The translations under genes and the position numbers were made by a program. The notes beneath the pieces are model-generated. The model saw only the letters and a list, made by a program, of their open reading frames with translations. It had not been told where the DNA came from and did no database searches. This document shows, one piece after another, positions 56,565 to 64,000 of a stretch of 64,000 bases of DNA. This DNA comes from Lachnospiraceae bacterium (lineage in GTDB: Bacteria > Bacillota > Clostridia > Lachnospirales > Lachnospiraceae). Position 1 is the first letter of the stretch, and each line of letters opens with the position of its first letter. The stretch spans positions 4,327 to 68,326 of the forward strand of contig JBGZHY010000111.1 of assembly GCA_041848045.1 (NCBI GenBank), written 5' to 3'.

Positions 56565-57984
56565 GAAGCTGCAAAAGGGTTTGCTGCTTGTTTTTGCCGC
56601 CAATGCGCTCCACATGCTCCTTGCCCTGGCGAGTAATTTTTTGCTCCCCAAATACCTGCCTGTGGAGAGTTATGCCGCCATTAAGGAGTTTCAGCTGTAT
56701 GCCGCCTATGCGGGGATTTTTCATTTCGGATTTGTGGACGGCATTTATCTGCAGTATGGGGGAAAAGATTTGGCAGGGAGGCAGGACGGGGCGTTTTGGA
56801 CGGACCTGTCCAGTATGCGCAGCTTCCAGTTTCTGTTGAGCCTGATTTTATTGTGCGGAGCGATTTTGGGGAAAAACACAATATTGCTTTTTTTTGTGCT
56901 TTCCATTTTTCCGCAAAATATGGGAAATTATTTCAAGTTTTTATACCAGGCGACAGGGAATTTTAAACGCTACGCCGGAGCGATGAACATCAGCAGCATT
57001 TCGACTTTTCTCATCCATTTGTTTTTGCTGTTTGTCCTGAAATCCGATTCTGCCGTATGGTATATTTCGGCGCAGCTGCTGTTGTTCTTTGCCTTATGGC
57101 TGGTGTTGGAGCTTTCTTTTCGCAGAAGGTACGGAGCGGAGGGGACAAAGCTTTTTTTTGCCTTTTCACCGGAAAGCTGCTGCAGGCATATTCGGGCAGG
57201 ATTTTTGCTGACCGTGGGGAATTTGTCCTCTATTTTTTTGAGCGGTATGGATCGGTGGTTCGTGAAGCTGCTGATGGATCAAGCGGCCTTTGCCCGCTAT
57301 TCTTTTGCCGTCAGCGTGGAAAGCTTTTTACATCTGGCGCTTACGCCCTTGACGATTACCCTGTACAACTATTTTTGCAGGGAGAGGGATAAGCGGAAGC
57401 ATCGGGGGATTTTTGTATGCACCCTGCTTTTTGCTTCCCTGCTGCCGGCTGCCGCCTTTATCGTAAAAGCTTTGGTGGAAAGCTTTTTGCCTGCCTATGT
57501 CGGAGGGATGTCGGTTTTATTTCTGCTTTTTGCGGCACAAACGTTTTATACGGTAATCAAAAGCATTTATGTCAATCTGTATAAGGTGGAACGCAGGCAG
57601 AAGCATTATTTCGGAAAGCTGGCGGGGATTTTGCTGCTTGGGTTTTTGTTAAACGGCTTTTTATACGCCCTGCTGCGCAGTAAGGAGGCCTTTGCCCTGG
57701 GGACTTTGCTCTCTGCCTTTGTATGGTTTGTCTGGTCGGGAAGAGATTTTACCTATTTGCGGGAAAATATAGGAGCGCTGCCTTATCTTACGGTGCAGAC
57801 GGCGGTTTTTTTGCTTCTGGGGCACTGTACTTCGGCGCTGTGGGGTTTGGTGCTGTATATGCTGTGCACGGCGGTTTTCGGCAGCATTTTCCTGGGCAGG
57901 GAATTATATGTTTTGTGGAAGCAAAGGTATGGAATGAAAGGAGAGGAGCAAGATGAACTTGTCTGTGGTCATGGCAAGCTATAA
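56557..57984 (+). CDS. wzx: MOP-superfamily polysaccharide flippase (Wzx-like)
   Basis: ATG 56557 overlaps wzy by 8 nt (track start 56479). About 12-14 TM segments. N-terminus KGLLLVFAANALHMLLALASNFLLPKYL typical of polysaccharide biosynthesis (PST) proteins. Confidence 0.75.
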   Translation: MDRKLQKGLLLVFAANALHMLLALASNFLLPKYLPVESYAAIKEFQLYAAYAGIFHFGFVDGIYLQYGGKDLAGRQDGAFWTDLSSMRSFQFLLSLILLCGAILGKNTILLFFVLSIFPQNMGNYFKFLYQATGNFKRYAGAMNISSISTFLIHLFLLFVLKSDSAVWYISAQLLLFFALWLVLELSFRRRYGAEGTKLFFAFSPESCCRHIRAGFLLTVGNLSSIFLSGMDRWFVKLLMDQAAFARYSFAVSVESFLHLALTPLTITLYNYFCRERDKRKHRGIFVCTLLFASLLPAAAFIVKALVESFLPAYVGGMSVLFLLFAAQTFYTVIKSIYVNLYKVERRQKHYFGKLAGILLLGFLLNGFLYALLRSKEAFALGTLLSAFVWFVWSGRDFTYLRENIGALPYLTVQTAVFLLLGHCTSALWGLVLYMLCTAVFGSIFLGRELYVLWKQRYGMKGEEQDELVCGHGKL

Positions 57985-58879
57985 CGGAGAAAAATATATT
58001 CTGCAGCAGCTGGAATCCATTCGCACCCAGGTCAGGCAGGCGGACGAGGTGTATATTGTGGACGACTGTTCGACGGACGGGACGGTAGAGCGGATAAAAG
58101 CGTTTATCAAAGAACATCAGCTGAAAAACTGGTGCCTGCATGTGCACAAGGAAAATCAGGGCTGGAAAAAAAGCTTTATGGAGGCGATAGAAGGGGCAAA
58201 AGGGGACTTGATTTTTCCCTGTGACCAGGACGATATCTGGTTTTCGGAGAAGCTGCAGTCCATGGAAGAGATGATGCAAAAAAATCCCCGGATACAGCTG
58301 TTGTGTTCCTTGTACAAAAGGTTTTGTACAGCGGGGAAGTCCTGTAAAGATACGAGAAGGGAAGACGGGGAGCTGATTTTGCTGAAAGCTCGGCAGAATA
58401 TCTTTGAAACGGCTTTTCCGGGCTGTACCTATTGTATCCGAAAAAGTCTGGTACAGCAGGGAAAAGCGTATTGGGAAGCGGATTTCCCCCACGATGCCTT
58501 TTTCTGGCGACTGGCGATGTTTTCGGAGTCTTTGTATCTGTATAAAAGACGCTTGGTTTTATGGAGAAAGCATCCGGACAGTGCATATGCTTTGGAAAGT
58601 CTTGCGCTGAAAAGGGCGGACAAAAAGAAGGCCTGGCTGTATTATGCACTGCGTATGCAGTCCCGGCTGCTTTGCTTTGCCGAGGAACAAAAAGGGGAGA
58701 GGAGGAAAGAATATACGGCGCTTTTGCAGAGGGTACGGATGTGGCTTTTGTACCGTCTTCGTTTTTACGAAACAGGCAGTCTGCGGGACTGGCTTAAGCT
58801 GGCTCCTTATCATGCCTGCTATGACAGGCTGCGTCAGTATTTCGGCGATTTGTATTTACGCTGTATAAGAAGAGAATGA
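57953..58879 (+). CDS. GT2-family glycosyltransferase
   Basis: LSVVMASYNGEKYILQQLESI, YIVDDCSTDGT, CDQDD motifs. Confidence 0.85.
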   Translation: MNLSVVMASYNGEKYILQQLESIRTQVRQADEVYIVDDCSTDGTVERIKAFIKEHQLKNWCLHVHKENQGWKKSFMEAIEGAKGDLIFPCDQDDIWFSEKLQSMEEMMQKNPRIQLLCSLYKRFCTAGKSCKDTRREDGELILLKARQNIFETAFPGCTYCIRKSLVQQGKAYWEADFPHDAFFWRLAMFSESLYLYKRRLVLWRKHPDSAYALESLALKRADKKKAWLYYALRMQSRLLCFAEEQKGERRKEYTALLQRVRMWLLYRLRFYETGSLRDWLKLAPYHACYDRLRQYFGDLYLRCIRRE

Positions 58880-60003
58880 GAATAGATGTGATAACCCTGC
58901 ACGCCGTGCAAAATTACGGCTCTGTTTTACAGGCCTTTGCTACCGAAGAATTTTTTCGCAGGCAGGGCTGTGATACCCGACTGATTCATTATGTGCGGGA
59001 GGACGTGCATAGGCAAAATCTGCTGCGGGAATGGAGTCGGGGAAATCCCTGCAAAGCCCTGGCGATGCTGCCGACGATTTGGCGCTGGGAAAGGGTCTTC
59101 GGCGGATTCATGAAAAAGCATTTGCATTTGACGCAAAAAACCTATACCGGGCAAGAGGATTTTCACGACTATCCCTTGACGGCGGACGCTTATTGTACGG
59201 GGAGTGACCAGGTATGGAACAGCGTTTGGAACAGAGGTATTCTTCCCTGTCTGTACCTGGATTTTATACCGAAGGGAGCTTATAAGTTTGCTTTTGCGGC
59301 AAGCTTCGGACAAAGCCGTATCGACAAGGAGGAGGTCGCTCTGACGAGAGGGTATTTGGAACAGTACCGTAAGCTTTCGGTGCGGGAGAGCAGCGCCGGG
59401 GATATTTTACGGCAGCAGTACGGTATTGCAGGGGCAAGGCATATTCTCGACCCTACCCTGTGTCTTTCTCCGGAGGAATGGAGAGAGCATACCCGAAAGG
59501 GGAAAAACAGGAAAGACTATATTCTTGTGTATAATTTAAACCGGAGTCGGGAGTTTGACCTTTATGCCGTGAAGCTGGCAAAGCATACGGGGCTTCCTCT
59601 ATATCGCTTATGTACACGCTATGACCAGCTGCTTCGACCGGGCAAAAGCATTTTGATTCCGGAGGTGTGGGATTTTGTTTCTTTGATCGACGAGGCACGG
59701 TATGTATTAACGGATTCTTTTCACGCCACGGCCTTTGCCTTGAATCTGGGGACGGAGCCGATTTGCGTGTATCCGAAGGCGTTTGCGGGAAGGCTGGAAA
59801 GCCTTTTATGTATGACGGGCACGCAGCAGCGCCGGATAAAGGATTATGAGGACTTCGGGGTTTTGCGGCGTCCGGTGGATTTTGCCGTGGTAGAAGAGTG
59901 TTTGGCAAAGGAAAGGGAAAAGGCGGCGGCATTTTTGCAGGAAGTGCTCAGTGATATCGAAGCTTTTGCAAAGGAGAGGGAAGCGAATGCGGACAGTCTG
60001 TAA
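58876..60003 (+). CDS. polysaccharide pyruvyl transferase family protein
   Basis: ITLHAVQNYGSVLQAFA N-terminus, GSDQVWN and TDSFHATAF motifs characteristic of PS_pyruv_trans (CsaB/WcaK-type). ATGA overlap with the preceding GT2. Confidence 0.8.
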   Translation: MRIDVITLHAVQNYGSVLQAFATEEFFRRQGCDTRLIHYVREDVHRQNLLREWSRGNPCKALAMLPTIWRWERVFGGFMKKHLHLTQKTYTGQEDFHDYPLTADAYCTGSDQVWNSVWNRGILPCLYLDFIPKGAYKFAFAASFGQSRIDKEEVALTRGYLEQYRKLSVRESSAGDILRQQYGIAGARHILDPTLCLSPEEWREHTRKGKNRKDYILVYNLNRSREFDLYAVKLAKHTGLPLYRLCTRYDQLLRPGKSILIPEVWDFVSLIDEARYVLTDSFHATAFALNLGTEPICVYPKAFAGRLESLLCMTGTQQRRIKDYEDFGVLRRPVDFAVVEECLAKEREKAAAFLQEVLSDIEAFAKEREANADSL

Positions 60004-61093
60004 ACACAATCAATGTGTCGGCTGCATGGCCTGTCAGGAGCTTTGTGCCGCCGGAGCCATTTGTATTCGGGATGATAAAAGGGCATACAATGCCTTCATC
60101 GACGCCGAAAGGTGCAAAAACTGCGGCGCTTGCCACAGGGTATGTCAGGTGAACCGTCCGCCCGAATTGCGGGAGCCTTATATATGGAAGCAGGGCTGGG
60201 CAAAAGATGAAGATATTCGGAGGGCTTCCTCCTCGGGGGGAGCTGCCCGGGCGATACAGCAGGCATTTATCCGGGCAGGCGGAGAGGTGTGCAGCTGTAC
60301 TTTTGCCGAAGGAGAATTTGTGTTTGCTTTTGCCGAAGGAGAAGAAGAGCTGGAGCATTTTGTGGGCTCCAAATATGTGAAAAGCAATCCTGCACATATA
60401 TACGGACGGATAAAAGAAATGCTGGAGAAGGGACAAAAGCTTTTATTTACGGGCTTGCCCTGTCAGTCCGCCGCCCTGCAAAATTTTGTGGGGACAAAGC
60501 TGCAGGAAAATTTGTATACCCTTGATTTGATTTGTCACGGAACGCCCTCTCCGCAGATACTGCGGGATTTTTTGGCACAGTATGACATCCTTCCGAAAGG
60601 ACTGCAGAGTATTCGATTTCGGGCAAAAACGAAGTTCCGCCTGGAAGCAAACGAAAGCCCCGTGGGGGTAAAAGGGACATTGGACGCCTATACCCTCGGT
60701 TTTTTAAAAGGGCTTTTTTATACGGAAAATTGCTATTACTGCCCGTATGCGCGCAGGGAGCGGGTATCGGACATCAGCTTGGGTGATGCATGGGGGAGCC
60801 GCCTTTCTGTCCGGGAGCGGAGAAAGGGGATTTCCCTGCTGCTGTGCCAGACAAAGAAGGGTGAGGATTTGCTGGCGGCAGCCTGCTTAACATACAAAGA
60901 AGTGGAAGAAAAAACTGCCCTCGCCCATAACGGACAGCTGTGCAGGCCGTCCGGCAAGCCGAAGCAAAGGGAGTTTTTCTTTGCACAGCTGGAGGAGGGG
61001 GCAGCTTTTAACCATATCATCAAGCAATCGTATCCCCTGGATTATATGAAGCAGCTGATCAAGGGCGCGCTGCTGCAGCTAAGGCTTCGATAA
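59987..61093 (+). CDS. coenzyme F420 hydrogenase/dehydrogenase beta-subunit-like Fe-S flavoprotein
   Basis: Two ferredoxin-type clusters CVGCMACQELC and CKNCGACHRVC, then FrhB-like core (SSSGGAARAI, GSKYVKSN, FTGLPCQSAAL, DLICHGTPS). 17-nt overlap with the pyruvyl transferase gene. Confidence 0.75.
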   Translation: MRTVCKHNQCVGCMACQELCAAGAICIRDDKRAYNAFIDAERCKNCGACHRVCQVNRPPELREPYIWKQGWAKDEDIRRASSSGGAARAIQQAFIRAGGEVCSCTFAEGEFVFAFAEGEEELEHFVGSKYVKSNPAHIYGRIKEMLEKGQKLLFTGLPCQSAALQNFVGTKLQENLYTLDLICHGTPSPQILRDFLAQYDILPKGLQSIRFRAKTKFRLEANESPVGVKGTLDAYTLGFLKGLFYTENCYYCPYARRERVSDISLGDAWGSRLSVRERRKGISLLLCQTKKGEDLLAAACLTYKEVEEKTALAHNGQLCRPSGKPKQREFFFAQLEEGAAFNHIIKQSYPLDYMKQLIKGALLQLRLR

Positions 61094-61101
61094 AGGCGTA
61101 T

Positions 61102-61137
61102 AAAAAAGAGGGTATTCGCTTGGCTGCGGATACCCTC
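61102..61137 (-). terminator. rho-independent terminator of sodA
   Basis: 12-bp stem GAGGGTATTCGC / GCGGATACCCTC (61108-61137); on the minus strand it is followed by TTTTTT (61107-61102). Confidence 0.75.
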
Positions 61138-61168
61138 CGGTATATTCTAAGGATTTCAAAAAAAGGTA

Positions 61169-61810
61169 TTATTTGTATAAAACGTTGTTGTGCAGGGCGT
61201 TGTCGTAATTTTCGGCAACCTTTGCCCAGTCTACCACATGGAAGAATGCTTCGATATAGCTTGCTCTTAAGTTCTTGTACTTTAAGTAGTAAGCGTGCTC
61301 CCAAACATCAATGCCCAGAATAGGTGTCAGTGCACCTTCTGTTTCCAAGATAGGATTATCCTGGTTAGGAGAGGCGGAGATACTTAAGTTGCCTTCTCTA
61401 TCTGTATTTAAGAATGCCCAGCCGGAGCCGAACTGCCCTGCGGCAGCTGCGGAAATCTTTTCCTTAAAGGCTTCGAAGCTTCCGAAAGCGGCATTGATTT
61501 TATCCGCCAATACACCGCTTGGCAGACCGCCGCCATTCGGTGAAAGGTGCCCGAAGTAAAGATTGTGGTTGTAGTAACCGCCGCCGTTGTTTCTGACTGC
61601 CATAGCGTCGCTCTTCTCCGGTGCCTTCTTCTTCCAATGCGCCAGAATGATTTCAATCGGCTTGCCCTCAAAGCCGGAAGCGGCAGCCCTGTCATTTAAG
61701 TTTTTGGTATAAGCGGCATGGTGCTTGGAATAATGTGTTTCCATGGTTAAAGCGTCAATATGCGGCTCCAAAGCGTCATAAGCATAAGGTAATGTAATTT
61801 GTTCGTACAT
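61169..61810 (-). CDS. sodA: Fe/Mn superoxide dismutase
   Basis: LPYAYDALEPHID, HHAAY and DVWEHAYYLKY metal-ligand motifs. Confidence 0.93.
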   Translation of the reverse strand: MYEQITLPYAYDALEPHIDALTMETHYSKHHAAYTKNLNDRAAASGFEGKPIEIILAHWKKKAPEKSDAMAVRNNGGGYYNHNLYFGHLSPNGGGLPSGVLADKINAAFGSFEAFKEKISAAAAGQFGSGWAFLNTDREGNLSISASPNQDNPILETEGALTPILGIDVWEHAYYLKYKNLRASYIEAFFHVVDWAKVAENYDNALHNNVLYK

Positions 61811-61881
61811 GGGGTTTCCTCCTTTTATATGGTGAAATTTCTAAAGAAATATTTCATATTGTTTTACTATGAATTGATTGA

Positions 61882-61910
61882 AGTATAGCACAACATTTAA
61901 TTTTGCGCAA
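61882..61910 (-). promoter_or_regulatory. sodA promoter
   Basis: Minus-strand TTGCGC (61910-61905), 17-nt spacer, TATACT (61887-61882). Confidence 0.5.
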
Positions 61911-61945
61911 TATAAAAGAAGAAAAATTATTATTTTTATTATTTT

Positions 61946-62668
61946 TTATCCGTCCAGGGCCTGTGAAAGAACTTTGGAGAGGGAATCTTCTATCACCAGG
62001 TCTGCCTTTACATCCTTTGCCGTTCGGGAACGATTGATCAACACCAGCTTATTTCCGCGGAAATAGTCGATGAAAGCGGCAGCCGGATAGACAGACAAAG
62101 AGGTACCGCCGATGATGAGCATATCGGCATGTTGAATATGGGCAATACTCCTTTCGACGACGGCGCTGTCCAGGCTTTCTTCATAAAGCACCACTTCCGG
62201 TTTGATTATCCCCTTGCAGGTACAACGGGGAAGTCCCTCGCTGTTTTGTATGCTTTCCAAAGGATATTGTCTTTGGCAGTCCATGCAGCGATTGCGAAAA
62301 ATGCTTCCGTGAAGCTCCAGCACCTCCCGGCTTCCTGCCGCCTGATGCAGACCGTCTATGTTTTGGGTAATGACGGCTTGCAGCTTCCCCCTTGCCTCCA
62401 GAGAGGCAAGGGCAAAATGGGCGGGGTTAGGCTTGGCGTCGGCATAAATCATCTTATCTTTGTAGAAGCGATAAAATTCTGCAGGATGCCGAAGAAAAAA
62501 GCTGTGACTGAGTATGGTTTCCGGCGGATAGGCATAATGTTGCCTATATAAGCCGCTTTCACTTCTAAAGTCCGGAATGCCGCTTTCTGTGGAAGTGCCC
62601 GCTCCGCCGAAGAATACAATATAAGAACAGCTTTTTATCCAGTTGCGCAGTTGTTCGGTCTGTGTCAT
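61946..62668 (-). CDS. cobB: NAD-dependent protein deacylase (Sir2 family)
   Basis: GAGTSTESGIPDFRS, TQNIDGLH, Zn-binding CMDC...CTC, and GTSLSVYPAA motifs. Confidence 0.9.
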   Translation of the reverse strand: MTQTEQLRNWIKSCSYIVFFGGAGTSTESGIPDFRSESGLYRQHYAYPPETILSHSFFLRHPAEFYRFYKDKMIYADAKPNPAHFALASLEARGKLQAVITQNIDGLHQAAGSREVLELHGSIFRNRCMDCQRQYPLESIQNSEGLPRCTCKGIIKPEVVLYEESLDSAVVERSIAHIQHADMLIIGGTSLSVYPAAAFIDYFRGNKLVLINRSRTAKDVKADLVIEDSLSKVLSQALDG

Positions 62669-62694
62669 GCCTTCCTCCTTGTTCGGAAAAATCT

Positions 62695-63576
62695 TTAGCT
62701 GATGATCAATTTTTCAAAGAGCCAGCCATACATGGCTTTGTCCGAAGCGGTAAAATAGAGGTGGTACTCTCTTTCCGGCAGATATTTATTGAGTACGGGA
62801 GAATAGACCATGACATCGCCGGAAAGATGCAGCCTGCCGCCGTCACAGGATACAAGGCTTGAAGTTCCCAAATAAACAGATCCTGCATCACCGAAATCAC
62901 CGGTGCCCGGCATTTCGTACATTCCCTGATAGGCTCCGCTGCGAGGGATATTTCCGGTGGTAAAGTGCCGGAAGAAATAATCCATATCCGCTTCATCGGC
63001 ATATCCGGTGAGTTCCGTCATGATTTTCGCCAGATGAGCCCTTGTTGCATAATGGTAGTAACCATGATGAGGTCTTTTGATTCTGGAATCCTCCATGTTA
63101 TATTGATAAGCAAAAAGCAGGAAAGCCTTTGCCTCCGCTGTGAGCTGCTCTCTGGTAAAAGTGCCGTATTCTAAAGAAGCATAATCGGAATAGTACATAT
63201 GAATCCATATCCCGATTCTATCCAGAGATTGAAGGGTGGATTCATCGGGGACAGACTTATCGGGAATCCATGCACCGTCCGCACCGACGCGGTATCCGTC
63301 CGGCGTTACGGTATCGACATACATAGCACCGTTTGCGCCGACATAGTAGTTCCCAATCCATTTAGATTCCGCCATATATCCATTGTCATCAAAATAATAC
63401 CAATAGCCGTCAATGAAGCTCCAGGTGGCGCGAAGATAGCTTCCCGGTTTATCCGCATACCACCAGCCTGTGCGGTCTTTCTTCCATTCGCCTGCGTGTG
63501 CAGAAAGGGGTAGAACAAGGCTCAAACCAACACAACAGAGCAATAAACAGATGATTCTTGTATACTGTTTTCTCAT
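62695..63576 (-). CDS. secreted cell-wall-binding-repeat protein with ~170-aa C-terminal domain of unknown function
   Basis: Signal peptide ...LPLSAHA/GEW. Repeats GWWYADKPGSY, GYWYYFDDNGYMAESKW, NYYVGANGAMY, DGYRVGADGAW. Confidence 0.75.
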   Translation of the reverse strand: MRKQYTRIICLLLCCVGLSLVLPLSAHAGEWKKDRTGWWYADKPGSYLRATWSFIDGYWYYFDDNGYMAESKWIGNYYVGANGAMYVDTVTPDGYRVGADGAWIPDKSVPDESTLQSLDRIGIWIHMYYSDYASLEYGTFTREQLTAEAKAFLLFAYQYNMEDSRIKRPHHGYYHYATRAHLAKIMTELTGYADEADMDYFFRHFTTGNIPRSGAYQGMYEMPGTGDFGDAGSVYLGTSSLVSCDGGRLHLSGDVMVYSPVLNKYLPEREYHLYFTASDKAMYGWLFEKLIIS

Positions 63577-63716
63577 TTTAAACCTCCTTAAATATTTATA
63601 TCTGTATTATATCATAAAACTTCGGATATTTTTAAATATTTATCCCGTGAATAGCTTGTAAAATATTAGCCAAACGGAAAGAAAGGACAGAAAAATGAAA
63701 AAAAGAAACTGTCAAG

Positions 63717-63983
63717 CTATTCCCAAAGTGTATGCTGCGCATATACTTCAAATTGATTTGATTGTTCATAGCTGAAAAAAGTAACTCCTATTGTATATCT
63801 TTTCCAAAGCATATACGGATAGATTTGCATTCGGAGTGAAAAATATTCATTTCCTTTGCTTTCCTGATAAGTGATTGGAGAAAGTGAAAAAATATCTTTC
63901 ATATTCTCTTTTTTAAAATAATCAAGAGTTAAGGTTGAAATATTTTTATCACATATTTTGACCTCATCAAACATCGCGCTCAT
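63717..63983 (-). CDS. hypothetical protein in AT-rich segment; frame stays open to the window edge, so it may be the 3' part of a longer gene
   Basis: 88-aa ORF from the first in-window ATG. In-frame codons upstream (63984-63998) contain no stop. Lys/Glu/Tyr/Phe-rich composition; no motif recognised. Confidence 0.4.
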   Translation of the reverse strand: MSAMFDEVKICDKNISTLTLDYFKKENMKDIFSLSPITYQESKGNEYFSLRMQIYPYMLWKRYTIGVTFFSYEQSNQFEVYAQHTLWE

Positions 63984-64000
63984 TGACGATATCCTGAAGC

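Noticed and set aside
59987-61093. The F420 hydrogenase beta-like gene as an indicator of archaeal/methanogen origin or F420 metabolism.
   Set aside because: The context is a typical bacterial EPS locus with bacterial RBSs and overlaps. The family is known outside F420 users. No other F420 biosynthesis or archaeal genes are in the window.
61911-61945. AT-rich ATTATT-N6-ATTATT repeat between cobB and sodA; considered as a PerR/Fur box.
   Set aside because: It is a direct repeat, not an inverted one, and does not fit the 7-1-7 TTATAAT-N-ATTATAA consensus. Probably just AT-rich spacer upstream of the promoter.
63695-63775. 26-aa + strand ORF (MKKRNCQAIPKVYAAHILQIDLIVHS) partly antisense to the 3' end of the hypothetical gene; considered as a type I toxin/antitoxin-like arrangement.
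   Set aside because: Weak SD, no TM helix, no supporting structure or conservation. Too speculative.
1-64000. Scan for CRISPR arrays, tRNA/rRNA genes, transposases/integrases, phage modules, restriction-modification or other known defence genes.
   Set aside because: No regularly spaced direct repeats, no tRNA-like conserved arms, and no ORF with recombinase, nuclease-helicase, methyltransferase or reverse-transcriptase motifs were seen. The absence is based on reading only and should be confirmed with tRNAscan-SE, Infernal and DefenseFinder/PADLOC.

Overview
Densely coding, mostly + strand chromosomal segment of a roughly mid-GC Firmicute. Strong AGGAGG-type ribosome-binding sites, YesM/YesN-type sensors and many cell-wall-binding-repeat proteins suggest a gut Clostridia/Lachnospiraceae-like anaerobe (inference only). 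Gene order: AlkD-like fragment; XRE regulator (-); YtrA-type GntR + ABC ATPase + 725-aa fused permease; NUDIX, short MGMT, greA, dtd. Next comes an AraC-type response regulator, a YesM-type kinase and two membrane-anchored sugar-binding-protein paralogs in front of an mglBAC-like ABC importer, then an SdpI-like protein. A complete 12-gene myo-inositol catabolic operon follows (iolE, ABC importer, iolG-like, iolC, iolD, iolA, iolG, iolR, iolJ, iolB). After it: a convergent PadR-DUF1700-DUF4097 cassette (-); rho-azlCD; a small Cys4 protein; a rhodanese-TtcA-like fusion; pdxK. A 13-kb operon then encodes three secreted cell-wall-binding-repeat proteins, two of them giant (2230 and 1507 aa). Directly downstream is a 10-kb Wzx/Wzy-type polysaccharide locus ending in a pyruvyl transferase and an F420-dehydrogenase-beta-like Fe-S protein. 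The window ends with sodA, a Sir2 deacylase and another cell-wall-binding protein (-), then an AT-rich edge. I saw no rRNA/tRNA, CRISPR, transposase/integrase, prophage or recognisable defence genes. The best candidates for something undescribed are: (1) the surface-protein operon and its possible functional link to the adjacent pyruvylated-glycan locus; (2) the four-component sugar sensor (RR + HK + two anchored binding proteins); (3) the PadR-DUF1700-DUF4097 cassette; (4) the GntR-ABC cassette. All family assignments come from motifs read in the translations and recalled family knowledge; no searches were run.
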